Origin: a virus
Taxonomy: Duplodnaviria > Caudoviricetes
Virus record (IMG/VR): IMGVR_UViG_3300045934_000076
Span: 1 to 63,135 of that record
Strand: one strand, 5' to 3'
DNA length: 63,135 bases
Part shown: one piece after another, positions 35,038 to 44,768 of the stretch
How the letters are laid out: every line of letters begins with the position of its first letter
Position numbering within the stretch: the first letter of the stretch is position 1
The notes under the pieces: generated by a model
Told to the model about the DNA's origin: nothing
Seen by the model: the letters and a program-made list of their open reading frames with translations, nothing else
The model's database searches: none
Program-made: the position numbers and the translations under genes

Positions 35038-36566
35038 TGGGTCAGCTGGCTCGGCACGTTCACCTCATGGCCGCGACGGGCACGATCCGCACAGCCGTCT
35101 TCGAGGAGCGTGAGCACATCGTCATCCCCGTGGTCGCGCTTGTCGAGGGCGTGATTTGGCCCATCAACGCGGAGACGCCGGAACTCGTGCTCGCGGAAGA
35201 GCTCGCGAAGGCTCCCGCTGGATGGGATGGCCGGCCCGTGATGCTGGATCATCCCTCGTTCGGGGACACGAGGGTGAGCGCCAATCACCCCGACGTTCTC
35301 GAGAGTGGCATGATGGGTCGGTTGTTCAACACCCACATGGAGCACAAGAAGCTGGTGACGGAAGCCTGGATCGATCCGCTGCGCTCCAAGAAGGTGGGAG
35401 CTGAGCAGATGGTCGAGGACATCCGCAACAGCCAAGAGATGATCGAGGTCAGCGTCGGCGCCTTCATCATCCCGGAGAAGAAGTCGGGCATCCACTTGGG
35501 CCAGCGATTCGACTCGATCTGGAGGGAGATCGTTCCGGACCATCTGGCCTTCCTTCCCAAGGGGAAGATCGGCGCGTGCTCGAACGAGATGGGATGTGGA
35601 GCTCCTCGAGCAGCGACGGTGCACGTCTTCATCGGTGGCAAGTATCTCACCCTCAGCGGTTCGGAGGAGAAGATGTCGAAGGACACAAAGCGTCCGTGGC
35701 GTGAGAAGTTCGCGGCGCTGTTCTCGTCGTTCCGTGGAGCGGAAGACGAGGGGCTCGGGGACATGGACCTGCGGGCCAAGCTCGAGGAGTCTCTGCGAGC
35801 CACCGAGCCCGGCTTTCTCGGTGTCGACATGGTGTTCCCCGAGGCGTCGAACGTCATCTACGCGGTCGCGCCCAAGGACACCGTTCAGCTGTTCCAGCGC
35901 TCGTTCTCGGTGAACAGCGAGGGAGTCGTGAGCCTCGGCGAGGAGAAGGTCGAGGTCAAGCCCGTCACTCGGTTCGAGCCGGTCACGGCAGCCGAGGAAG
36001 ATCCGTGCAAGTGCAAGAAGGAGGAAGAGGAAGCGATGGCGACCAAGAAGGAGTGGGTCCAGAAGATCCTGGCCCGAAAGAACCCGCGGTTCGCGGCGTC
36101 GGACGCTTCGATCCTCGAGCAGCTCTCCGACGAGCGCCTGAAGGCCCTCGCCGAGGAGCCCGAGCCCGAGGAGAAGAAGGAGCCCCCGACTCCGCCTCCG
36201 CCGCCCGAGGACAAGGTGAAGGACCCTCTCGAGGGCATCACCGAGGAGCAGGTCCTCGCCAAGTTCCCCGGCCTGAAGAAGGTCGTGGAAGACGAGCAGA
36301 AGCGCGCGGCCGAGCGTCGCAAGACCCTGGTCGCCGCGATGGCCAAGCAGAAGGTCTACACCGAGGACGAGCTCAAGGCCATGCCTCTCGAGCAGCTCGA
36401 GAAGGTCGTGCAGTTCGCGTCGGCGAGCGGCGCGGCCGAGTCGGTCGACGAGTCCGGTCGCGGCCTGCCGCGCTCGGCGGCGGCGAAGGAGGGCGAGGTG
36501 CCCGAGCCGCCGAACATGCACAAGGTCATCCGGGACTCGCGTCTCGGGGCCGGCAAGACGGCCTGA
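35037..36566 (+). CDS. DUF2213-like head maturation protease/scaffold
   Basis: WDGRPVMLDHP, IEVSVG, PDHLAFLP..IGACS...GCG; charged C-terminal scaffold region. Confidence 0.8.
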   Translation: MGQLARHVHLMAATGTIRTAVFEEREHIVIPVVALVEGVIWPINAETPELVLAEELAKAPAGWDGRPVMLDHPSFGDTRVSANHPDVLESGMMGRLFNTHMEHKKLVTEAWIDPLRSKKVGAEQMVEDIRNSQEMIEVSVGAFIIPEKKSGIHLGQRFDSIWREIVPDHLAFLPKGKIGACSNEMGCGAPRAATVHVFIGGKYLTLSGSEEKMSKDTKRPWREKFAALFSSFRGAEDEGLGDMDLRAKLEESLRATEPGFLGVDMVFPEASNVIYAVAPKDTVQLFQRSFSVNSEGVVSLGEEKVEVKPVTRFEPVTAAEEDPCKCKKEEEEAMATKKEWVQKILARKNPRFAASDASILEQLSDERLKALAEEPEPEEKKEPPTPPPPPEDKVKDPLEGITEEQVLAKFPGLKKVVEDEQKRAAERRKTLVAAMAKQKVYTEDELKAMPLEQLEKVVQFASASGAAESVDESGRGLPRSAAAKEGEVPEPPNMHKVIRDSRLGAGKTA

Positions 36567-36610
36567 TCCGCCGATCGGGTCACTGAAGCAGACACAGGAG
36601 GAAGACAGAG

Positions 36611-37036
36611 ATGGCGAAGAGAGTCATCGTGCTCCGGGGCGACCCGATCGTCAACGAGGAAGAGCCGGCCACCGAAGCGATCACCCCGGGACACTTCATC
36701 GAGCTCACCTCCACGGGGTGGAGGAAGAACACGGCGAACGCCGCCAACATCGCGCCGATCGTCGCGCTGGAGCGCGAGGAGTTCGGCAAGGAGATCGGCG
36801 ACGCCTACGCGACCAACGACTACGTCAAGGCCGCGGCACTCGCTCCCGGGATGCGCGTCTACGCGTTCATCCCGTCGGGTCAGAACATCGCGAAGGGAGC
36901 CTATCTGACCGGCGACGCGGCGGGTCGGCTCAGCTCGTCGGGCGTCGCGGCGGGCATCCGCACGGCGCAGGCCCTGGAGGCCGTCAACAACAGCGCGGGT
37001 CCCGGCGACGCGCGCATCCGCGTCCAGATCGTCTGA
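36611..37036 (+). CDS. Capsid decoration/cement protein
   Basis: Between scaffold and capsid genes; AITPG, IAKGAYL, ALEAV pattern. Confidence 0.7.
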   Translation: MAKRVIVLRGDPIVNEEEPATEAITPGHFIELTSTGWRKNTANAANIAPIVALEREEFGKEIGDAYATNDYVKAAALAPGMRVYAFIPSGQNIAKGAYLTGDAAGRLSSSGVAAGIRTAQALEAVNNSAGPGDARIRVQIV

Positions 37037-37078
37037 GCGCGAGCTGACGCAAGACTCACTCAGAGGAGGAATCGAGAC

Positions 37079-38089
37079 ATGAGCAGAGCAGAAGGCGCGT
37101 CGCTCGACACGGGCAAGTCGATCCTGAGCACGGGTCGCTGGGCCGGCGAGCGGCTGCTGGCGGCGCTGAAGGAGGGACGCAAGATCTCTCCGAAGGAGCT
37201 GAGGACCGCGGACACTCTCCAGAAGGACGAGTGGATCGCGCTCGACACCGCCCTCATCGAAGAGGGCAAGATCCGTCTGCGCGGGATCGCCGACCTCATC
37301 GCGGCCGGGCTCACCATCCCGGTCACGAACGCGATGGGCAAGACGATCTTCCAGTGGGAGCGCGTCACCGACATGGATCCGGCCGACGTCAGCATGAGCG
37401 GCCGGTCGAGGTCGGAGGACGACCGGGTCGAGTACGACCTGGGCAGCCTCCCTCTCCCGATCACGCACAAGGACTTCAACCTGGATCTGCGCACTCTGTC
37501 CGCGTCGCGTGAGCGGGGCGAGTCGCTCGACGACACGCAGGCCCGCATCGCGGGTCGCCTCGTGTCCGAGAAGCTCGAGGAGATGCTGTTCAAGGGAGGC
37601 AAGACCTTCCTGGGCTCCACGATCTACGGGCTCACGAACCATCCCAACCGGAACACCGCTTCCTACGGCACGGGCGGCGCGTGGACCGGCTCGAAGACCG
37701 GCGACCAGATCATCGCCGACGTGCTCACCATGAAGGCCGGCCTGGAGGGCGACCGGATGTTCGGTCCCTACTGGCTCTACGTCAGCGCGAACTCCAGCAC
37801 GAAGGTCGAGGAGGACCTCAAGGCCGCGTCCGACAAGAGCATCCGTCAGCGCATCCTGGAGGTCGACGGCATCCAGGCCGTGCGCGTGGTCGACCAGATG
37901 CCCGCGAGCACCGTCGTCATGGTGCAGGCCACCCGCGACGTCGTCGCGCTGGTCGACGGCGAGCCGCTGCAGACCGTCCAGTGGGACGTCGAGGGTGGCT
38001 TCTTCGTGAAGTTCAAGGCGTTCACGATCCAGGTGCCGCTCATCCGCGCGGACGCCCAGGGTCGCTCGGGCGTCTTCCACATGAGCTAG
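37079..38089 (+). CDS. Major capsid protein (HK97 fold, encapsulin/Linocin-M18-like)
   Basis: LQKDEWIALD, PLPITHKDF.LDLR.L.ASR, YGLTNHP, FGPYWLYV; strong codon bias. Confidence 0.88.
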   Translation: MSRAEGASLDTGKSILSTGRWAGERLLAALKEGRKISPKELRTADTLQKDEWIALDTALIEEGKIRLRGIADLIAAGLTIPVTNAMGKTIFQWERVTDMDPADVSMSGRSRSEDDRVEYDLGSLPLPITHKDFNLDLRTLSASRERGESLDDTQARIAGRLVSEKLEEMLFKGGKTFLGSTIYGLTNHPNRNTASYGTGGAWTGSKTGDQIIADVLTMKAGLEGDRMFGPYWLYVSANSSTKVEEDLKAASDKSIRQRILEVDGIQAVRVVDQMPASTVVMVQATRDVVALVDGEPLQTVQWDVEGGFFVKFKAFTIQVPLIRADAQGRSGVFHMS

Positions 38090-38141
38090 ACCTTCGGGCC
38101 TGCTCTAGACAAGGGACCGCGTTCAACTTCTGAGAGGTGTC

Positions 38142-38531
38142 GTGATGGCGGAAGACAAGGAAGAGACGCCGAAGGAGCCGACGAAGGCGTATCGTTTCAA
38201 GAGCGACGTCGGCAAGCACTTCGTGGACGGCGAGCCGGTCGAGCCGGGCACGGTCGTGCAGCTCAACCGTCGGCAGTCGGTGCAGTTCAAGGACAAGTTC
38301 GTGCCCGAAGACGGTGTCGGCTGGGGAGCGGGCGAGCCCTCGGGCTCCTCGAAGGGCCAGTCGGTCACCGCCGAGGTGCTCACCGGGACGGTCAACGACG
38401 TGAGGGCCGAGATCGAGAAGATCGAGGACGTCGACACACTCAAGAAGCTGCGCTCCGAGGAGAAGGACGGCAAGCAGCGTCAGGGCGTGCTCAACGCGAT
38501 CGAAGCTCGGCTCGAGGAGCTGGCGAAGTAA
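38142..38531 (+). CDS. Head-associated protein
   Basis: Follows the capsid gene; C-terminal E..GKQRQGVL helical motif. Confidence 0.65.
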   Translation: MMAEDKEETPKEPTKAYRFKSDVGKHFVDGEPVEPGTVVQLNRRQSVQFKDKFVPEDGVGWGAGEPSGSSKGQSVTAEVLTGTVNDVRAEIEKIEDVDTLKKLRSEEKDGKQRQGVLNAIEARLEELAK

Positions 38532-38543
38532 GCCAGACCTGCC

Positions 38544-38876
38544 ATGTCTGCCACGTACCACATCGTACTCGACAGGGATCTGGACTGGGTCAGGTTCCTG
38601 ACGGGTGATACCGATGTAACCTCCGCGAGTGTGACCGATGAGGAGATCACCGCGATCCTCGCGGAGGAGCCGAACAAGTATCTTGCCGCCGCTCGCGTCG
38701 CCATGCGCATCTCGGTCATGGGCGGCGACATCGTGTCCAAGTCGGTGGGTGCCCTGTCGATCACATACGGTGGGAGTTCGGAAGAAGCGTACGCGAAGGT
38801 GATCCAAGACCTTCGTGAGAAGGGCGCGGAAGTCGAGCTGAAGAAGAGCGGCTCGCACGTGTTCAGAGTGCTGTGA
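38544..38876 (+). CDS. Head-tail adaptor
   Basis: VRFLTGDTD...TDEEI...SKSVGALSITY. Confidence 0.75.
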   Translation: MSATYHIVLDRDLDWVRFLTGDTDVTSASVTDEEITAILAEEPNKYLAAARVAMRISVMGGDIVSKSVGALSITYGGSSEEAYAKVIQDLREKGAEVELKKSGSHVFRVL

Positions 38877-38879
38877 GTC

Positions 38880-39212
38880 ATGGCCGACCCGATCGTTCCG
38901 GACCTGCTCGACCTGTTTCCATTCACCGTTACGGTGATCCCCGTGACACGCGATGGCTTCGGGAAGAAGACGCTCGGGACTCCGTTCACCGTTCCGGCCA
39001 TGATCAACGGGAAGACACAGCAGGTCCAGACCACAAAGGGACTCCTCACAAGCGACCTTGAGGTGATCGTCGGCGGCGACTTCCAGTTGACCGCCGACAA
39101 TCACGTCTACACTCTCCCCACACGGTTCAAGCCGGGGGTCGAAGCGACTGCGATGCACGTTCACACCGAGTCGGACGAAAACAACGTGCATCATCAGGTC
39201 GTCTTCTTCTGA
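38880..39212 (+). CDS. Putative head closure protein
   Basis: Position and size; RDGFG, YTLP. Confidence 0.6.
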   Translation: MADPIVPDLLDLFPFTVTVIPVTRDGFGKKTLGTPFTVPAMINGKTQQVQTTKGLLTSDLEVIVGGDFQLTADNHVYTLPTRFKPGVEATAMHVHTESDENNVHHQVVFF

Positions 39213-39214
39213 TC

Positions 39215-40291
39215 ATGTATCACGTCAGCAAACCTTCGCTCACGGTCTATGAGGAGGAGGCCGTCCTCTCTGTCATCCGACGGCGATGGATCACTCACGG
39301 CCCGGAGGTTGAAGCTTTCGAGAAGGAACTCGCGTCACGTCTCGGGACGCGATACGTGGTCGCGTGTTCCTCGGGGACTTCAGCGCTGCATCTCGCACTC
39401 GCGGCTGCAAAGATCGGTGATGGTGACGAGGTGCTCGTTCCTGACATCACCTATGTCGCATCGGCGAACGCGGTCAGGTACGTCGGCGGTGAGGTGGTTC
39501 TTGTTGATGTGGACCCCATCACTTGGACTATCGACCTCGAGGATGCAAAACGCAAGCTCAGTGAGAACACTCGGGCGATCATGCCGGTTCACATCTACGG
39601 TGTGCCGTGCAACATGACCGAGATCACGCAGTTCGCGCTGGCGCACAGGCTCGACATCGTCGAAGACGCTGCCGAGGCCGTTGGCGCATCGTGGCGAGGT
39701 CGTGCTTGCGGCACCATCGGCGACTTCGGTTGCTTCAGCTTCTACGGCAACAAGGTCATCACGACCGGCGAAGGTGGAGCAGTGATCTGCCGTTCGAAGA
39801 CTGACTACGATCGTGCTCGGCTCCTTCGTGGTCAGGCCCAGGGCAAGCGTCGGTTCTATCATGAGGAAGTCGGGTTCAACTATCGCTTGACGGATCTGCA
39901 GGCAGCCGTCGGTCGCGCTCAGCTTCGGCGGGTCGACGACTTCCTGCAGAGGCGTCGAGCAGTCTGCGAGTTCTATCGTGGGAGCACAGGCAAACTCCTT
40001 GAAGCGCCGACTCAGGGACCAGATGGCGTGATCGCGCCATGGATGTTCACGGGCGTGTTGCCACCGGGAGTCAAGCGCGATCTCGTCATGCGTCAGCTTC
40101 GAGACCGAGGGGTCGAGACGAGGCCGACGTTTGTACCACTTCACAGACTGCCGATGTATCGTGAGAACGACTCGGAGTTTCCAGTCGCTTGCGTCATCGG
40201 TGATTCGGGCATCAGTCTTCCAACGTATCCAGACATGACCGCCAAGGACGCGGAGAACGTGGTCAAGCTGCTCGAGGAGTGCATCTCATGA
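39215..40291 (+). CDS. DegT/DnrJ/EryC1/StrS PLP aminotransferase (perosamine synthase-like)
   Basis: SSGTSALHLA, VEDAAEA, FSFYGNKVITTGEGG, GFNYRL. Confidence 0.93.
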   Translation: MYHVSKPSLTVYEEEAVLSVIRRRWITHGPEVEAFEKELASRLGTRYVVACSSGTSALHLALAAAKIGDGDEVLVPDITYVASANAVRYVGGEVVLVDVDPITWTIDLEDAKRKLSENTRAIMPVHIYGVPCNMTEITQFALAHRLDIVEDAAEAVGASWRGRACGTIGDFGCFSFYGNKVITTGEGGAVICRSKTDYDRARLLRGQAQGKRRFYHEEVGFNYRLTDLQAAVGRAQLRRVDDFLQRRRAVCEFYRGSTGKLLEAPTQGPDGVIAPWMFTGVLPPGVKRDLVMRQLRDRGVETRPTFVPLHRLPMYRENDSEFPVACVIGDSGISLPTYPDMTAKDAENVVKLLEECIS

Positions 40292-40836
40292 GCGCAGAAC
40301 AACAGGAAAGATGCCGGCAGTTCCTGGAGGATCAGATGAACCTCGATGAGCTGCTGTCTCCGGGGCCAGCCATCTTCTACGAACCGATCGTGAAGACCGG
40401 TGATCTGTCGCGGCTGTTCGTAGGTGATGGCTCACGCATCGACACATGGGTCAAGCTCGAGATCGGTCTCGGGTTGCACATCGGGAAGTACGTCCACATC
40501 GCGAGCTTCGCACATCTCGGCATCGGCGGAGGGATGACCGTGATCGAAGACTACGCGGCCGTCGCGAGTGGCGGCAAGATCATCTCCGGAAGCAACGCCG
40601 TCTACGCAGTCACGATGAGCGCGTGTGCCCCGAAGGACATGCAACGCGTCGAGAAGACCCTTACGACTCTGAAGAAGTACGCGACGGTCCTCACGAACGC
40701 TGTCGTACTGCCCGGAGTCACGCTCGGCGAGGGAGCTGTGCTCGCTGCTGGCGGCGTCGCAACGAAGGACATCCCCGCGTGGGAGATCTGGGGCGGAGTG
40801 CCTGCCAAGTTCCTGGCGAAGAGGATCATCGGGTGA
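40288..40836 (+). CDS. Hexapeptide-repeat acyltransferase
   Basis: IGKYVHIAS, VLPGVTLGEGAVLAAG, WGGVPAK. Confidence 0.88.
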   Translation: MSAEQQERCRQFLEDQMNLDELLSPGPAIFYEPIVKTGDLSRLFVGDGSRIDTWVKLEIGLGLHIGKYVHIASFAHLGIGGGMTVIEDYAAVASGGKIISGSNAVYAVTMSACAPKDMQRVEKTLTTLKKYATVLTNAVVLPGVTLGEGAVLAAGGVATKDIPAWEIWGGVPAKFLAKRIIG

Positions 40837-41516
40837 ACGTAGTCGTTGGATCGGCGTTCAGGAACAGCGAGTGGGTGATCTCGTCCTACTTCGACAGAGT
40901 CGCCCGCCTTCAGAGCCTCCTCGGATGTAACATCCGTGTGATCGCAGCCGAGGGCGATTCAACGGACGATACTCGCCAGAAGATCATCAACATGCGGAGT
41001 CACGGCTTCACGATCGAACTGCCAGACTGTTCACACGGTCAGCGATGGTTCGGTTCGACCGAGGAGCCTGATCGCATGAAGGCTCTGTCTCGTGTTGGCA
41101 ATGCGATCTTCGAGTCGGTCACACCCGACGACGACTACTTGGTCTATGTCGAGAGTGATCTCTACTGGCACGCCAACGTGATCGCGGCTCTGGTCGAGAA
41201 CGCGGTGCAACGAACGGAGGGCTTCGACGTCTTCTCTCCACTCGTCATGGCCGGTGATGCGTTCTACGACATCTGGGGATTTCGCAAGAACGGTCAGCGA
41301 TTTGGGCCGTTCCCTCCGTATCATCCGAGCCTGTGCTTCACATCGGGACGTGTCACTGAAGTGGACAGCGTCGGTTCTTGCTTGGTGATGCGCAGTGAAG
41401 TCGCCAGACGGGCACGCATTCGCAACGACTACTGTCTGGTGGGATGGTGCGAAGACGCGAGGAGACAGGGATACAGGATCGGAGTCAGGACGGACATCTC
41501 GGTGAGGCAAGCGTGA
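40833..41516 (+). CDS. GT-A fold glycosyltransferase (GT2/Anp1-like)
   Basis: FRNSE, EGDSTDDT, YVESDL, FYDIWGFR, DSVGSC. Confidence 0.75.
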   Translation: MNVVVGSAFRNSEWVISSYFDRVARLQSLLGCNIRVIAAEGDSTDDTRQKIINMRSHGFTIELPDCSHGQRWFGSTEEPDRMKALSRVGNAIFESVTPDDDYLVYVESDLYWHANVIAALVENAVQRTEGFDVFSPLVMAGDAFYDIWGFRKNGQRFGPFPPYHPSLCFTSGRVTEVDSVGSCLVMRSEVARRARIRNDYCLVGWCEDARRQGYRIGVRTDISVRQA

Positions 41517-42373
41517 GAGTTCTGGTCGATCCACTTCGTGCGATGTCGGCGGCCATGGATCGGGTCGCACTCGCTCTCAAGAAGAACGCTCCTGCCGACG
41601 TGACGTTCACGAAGGACTTGCGCGATGCTGAGCTGGCGGTCCTTCACGTGATCGGAACGGATGCAGTCGAGTTCGCGAGCAAGCTCACCATCCCTTATGC
41701 TGTGATCCAGTACTGTTGCCAGCCTCGGACGACCGAAGCATGGCATCACCTGTGGTATGACTCGGTCCTCACGTGGAGCTACTATGACCTGTCGAAGATC
41801 ATGCCTGTCGGTGCTTCGTACATGCACGCTCCTCTCGGCTGCGATCCGTTGACGTTCGGGCTCGGTCGCAATGGCCGGTTCATCGGAGCTGTCACGTCCG
41901 GATACGTCGCAGGTCCTGGTGCCGAGGCCATCGAGGAGATGGCCGAAGCCTGTCAGCGACTCGGCATGGATGTGATTCACGTCGGGCCGATGTTCATCGA
42001 GGGCATGAGAACGCGACGAGAACCGACGTGGTGCTCCCGACAGGGGATCTCCGACCCCGAGCTATCGAGCATCTATCGCAGCTCGAAGTGGGTGTCGGGC
42101 CTCAGGTTCGGCGAGGGCTTCGAGCTGCCGGCTCTCGAAGGCTTGCTCAGCGGATGTCGTCCCATCCTGTTCGACAGGGACGACGCTCGAGAGTGGTACA
42201 ACGGTCATGCGGTCTTCGTTCGGGAGTGTTCTGGTGAGCCTCTCATCGAGCAGCTCATGCAAGTGATGGCTCAGCCTCCGGAGCCTGTGACCGAAGAGGA
42301 ACGCTCGGTGATCGCCGAGAGGTTCTCCTGGCCTCGCATCGCGGGTGAGTTCTGGGGGAAGGTGCTGTCGTGA
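41513..42373 (+). CDS. GT-B fold glycosyltransferase (GT4-like)
   Basis: EGFELPALEGLLSG (Ex7E), RFSW. Confidence 0.8.
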   Translation: MRVLVDPLRAMSAAMDRVALALKKNAPADVTFTKDLRDAELAVLHVIGTDAVEFASKLTIPYAVIQYCCQPRTTEAWHHLWYDSVLTWSYYDLSKIMPVGASYMHAPLGCDPLTFGLGRNGRFIGAVTSGYVAGPGAEAIEEMAEACQRLGMDVIHVGPMFIEGMRTRREPTWCSRQGISDPELSSIYRSSKWVSGLRFGEGFELPALEGLLSGCRPILFDRDDAREWYNGHAVFVRECSGEPLIEQLMQVMAQPPEPVTEEERSVIAERFSWPRIAGEFWGKVLS

Positions 42374-42963
42374 AGCAAGACTATCCGTCGGATGCAAGCT
42401 TCGCCGCAGCCGCTTGGATGTTGAGCTGCGAAGTGGCCTCAATCAAAGCTGTGACTCGCGTCGAGTCGGGACCACTCGGTGGCTTCCTCGATGACGACAC
42501 TCCAGTCATTCTGTTCGAGCGTCACTTGTTCCATCGTTTGACCGGTGGGAAGTACGATGCGGTCAAGCTTTCGACCACGAAACCGGAGCACTCGTTCCTT
42601 TCGATGGTCACGCCGGGAGGGTATGGCCCATCGTCGCTTCAGCACGCGAAGCTGGCAGCGGCTGCACTCTTGGATCGGGATGCTGCTTTGAAGTCCTGTT
42701 CGTGGGGTCTGTTCCAGATCTTGGGCTTGAACTTCGAACGTGCCGGATTCCAGAGACTTCAGCGGTTCATCAACGCGATGTACCGCAGCGTCGACGATCA
42801 CCTGCGCGCGTTCGTGAACTTCGTGCAGAGCGACGAGTCGTTGGCCGATGCGATTCGCACAAAGAACTGGCCATCGTTCGCGCGTCAGTACAACGGTCCG
42901 GCTTACGCGAAGAACAAGTACGACGAGAAGCTCGCCGAAGCCTACTTGAAGGAGCAGCCATGA
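42370..42963 (+). CDS. Endolysin, N-acetylmuramidase (DUF3380)
   Basis: VES, ILFERHLF, SWGLFQILG, FARQYNGPAY..NKYD.KL. Confidence 0.92.
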   Translation: MKQDYPSDASFAAAAWMLSCEVASIKAVTRVESGPLGGFLDDDTPVILFERHLFHRLTGGKYDAVKLSTTKPEHSFLSMVTPGGYGPSSLQHAKLAAAALLDRDAALKSCSWGLFQILGLNFERAGFQRLQRFINAMYRSVDDHLRAFVNFVQSDESLADAIRTKNWPSFARQYNGPAYAKNKYDEKLAEAYLKEQP

Positions 42964-43469
42964 AGACCCTCGCGATCATCTGTCTTGCCTTGTTGACACT
43001 CGCGGCCACGTGTCGCATCGAGCCAGCACCGACCCCGACCCCGACGCCGACACCCTCCTCGGGGCCTTCGCCGACGCCGGTTCCGACGATCGTTCCTGGC
43101 TGTGGCCTGCCTCGAGGAAACGGTGATTCAAGCGGATGTCGCAAGCTCAACGCGACATTGCGCTACGCGATCGACGGTGCGCTCAACGAGATTGGTGCGA
43201 CCATGCCCGCTCTCGTGGACGTCAATGACGTACGACCCGGAGGTTCGGAGACCGATTGGCGGATCCGTCCGGGTAAGTCAGCTGCGTATCACAGCATGGT
43301 CGTGGCTCTTCTCAGAATCCACGGCTTCTGCGCAGACTTCGATGGCGAGGAGATCGCCGTCAAGAGCACGAACGACTACAGTGAGCAGTTCGACGTTGAG
43401 ACGGCCTCGGGGTACAGCATCCGTCTCTACACTGCGACTTGTCGCCCGGCTCTCCAGAGCATCCCTTAA
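42960..43469 (+). CDS. Putative lipoprotein with Pro/Thr linker
   Basis: Signal ending LAATC, PTPTPTPTP, DGEEIAVKSTNDYSEQFDV. Confidence 0.75.
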   Translation: MKTLAIICLALLTLAATCRIEPAPTPTPTPTPSSGPSPTPVPTIVPGCGLPRGNGDSSGCRKLNATLRYAIDGALNEIGATMPALVDVNDVRPGGSETDWRIRPGKSAAYHSMVVALLRIHGFCADFDGEEIAVKSTNDYSEQFDVETASGYSIRLYTATCRPALQSIP

Positions 43470-43478
43470 GGAGGGAAC

Positions 43479-44057
43479 ATGAAGAAGTACCTGCCGCATC
43501 TCGCAATCGCGCTGGCAGCTCTGTCACTGGCGTCGTGCAACACGCCTCTGCCGACCAACGAGGACAACGACATCACCATCATCATCGGGAACCAGCCGAG
43601 CCCTTCGCCGTCCGGTTCGCCGTCGCCTTCGCCCGGCTGCAAGGCGGTCGCTCGCGTGACCGTCGGCTTCTCGGGAGCAGGAGGTCGGACGACCACGCGC
43701 GTCGGAGTCGGTGAGGTGCTCGACGTCACCCCACGAGCCTCCGACGGCAGCGAGGTTTCGGCGGAGTGCCACGGCAGCACCGTGAACTGGACCATCAACG
43801 GCGTCTCTTCGGGCAGTCTTCGCATGATGGGCGATCCGTGGACGGATCCGGATACGAACCCGCCTCCGCGTCTGGTTCCCGAGGACTTCGACCCGGTCGC
43901 CACGGCCTTGAGCGTTCCGGCAACGTGCGAGTTGACCGGTGATCTACACGGGTTCAACCCTCACGTGACGTGTTCTTCGCCGGGATCCATGGAGGCCTGT
44001 GCCGAAGTGAGTTCGCCCGGCGGCAGGAGCTGCACGACCTTCACCGTGAACCCGTAG
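43479..44057 (+). CDS. Putative lipoprotein with Pro/Ser linker
   Basis: Lipobox LASC, PSPSPSGSPSPSP, Cys-containing beta-rich domain. Confidence 0.78.
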   Translation: MKKYLPHLAIALAALSLASCNTPLPTNEDNDITIIIGNQPSPSPSGSPSPSPGCKAVARVTVGFSGAGGRTTTRVGVGEVLDVTPRASDGSEVSAECHGSTVNWTINGVSSGSLRMMGDPWTDPDTNPPPRLVPEDFDPVATALSVPATCELTGDLHGFNPHVTCSSPGSMEACAEVSSPGGRSCTTFTVNP

Positions 44058-44065
44058 GAGGGGCC

Positions 44066-44767
44066 ATGCGCTTCGCGACAGCAGCGATCGCCGTTCTGCT
44101 GGCCGTACCGGTCGCGGCTCAGCCGACCGACCCGTGTCCCAAGGACCAGAACTGTTCCGTCTACGTCGGCCTCTTGGCTGGAGGAAGTGTCACGATGGCC
44201 TCGGGAGCAACCGGGGCCACGCCGTTCTTCCGTGTCAATGTCGAATTGCCGTTGTGGCAGCGTACGATGGCGACACGGCTCCTGTTCAAGATCGACGTGC
44301 TCGGCACTCCAGGCGTGTCACTCACCGAACTGGATCCGACGACGTTCACAACGATCGAACCGGCAATCGGGCTTTGCCAGCGTTTCGCTTCGGTGTTGAA
44401 CTTCTCCGCATGTATCCATGCGGGATTCGGGACTCGCCTCGGCACCGATCCAACTCCGTTCGTGAAGACCGTACGATACGGCAAGCTCGCGCTGCGATTC
44501 GGCGGCTATCAGGAGGGATACTTGGAGGTGTCCCTCAACGCCGATCAGCGTCACACTTTGGATGGCTCCTACGGCCTCGCGGCGGGACTGGAGGGAGCTA
44601 TCAAGCTTCACGAACAACAGCCTGGTCAGCCTCTCGAGGGAGCAAACGTCCAGCTCCTCGGGGCCGCAGTCCTCGGCATCCAACAGCGATACAGAAACGT
44701 GAGCGGTCGACCAGTCGCTGAGCCTCAAGGGAACTACGTCGTTCTCTCGGTGGCGGTGGGGAAGTAG
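44066..44767 (+). CDS. Exported protein, possible outer-membrane beta-barrel
   Basis: Signal peptide ending VAA-Q; alternating amphipathic strands. Confidence 0.6.
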   Translation: MRFATAAIAVLLAVPVAAQPTDPCPKDQNCSVYVGLLAGGSVTMASGATGATPFFRVNVELPLWQRTMATRLLFKIDVLGTPGVSLTELDPTTFTTIEPAIGLCQRFASVLNFSACIHAGFGTRLGTDPTPFVKTVRYGKLALRFGGYQEGYLEVSLNADQRHTLDGSYGLAAGLEGAIKLHEQQPGQPLEGANVQLLGAAVLGIQQRYRNVSGRPVAEPQGNYVVLSVAVGK

Positions 44768-44768
44768 C

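Noticed and set aside
34827-38080. Long minus-strand ORFs (34827..36521, 36356..38080; also 10765..11973, 49835..51064, 58464..59600)
   Set aside because: Antisense shadows of GC3-biased plus-strand genes; no motifs, and they fully overlap well-supported genes
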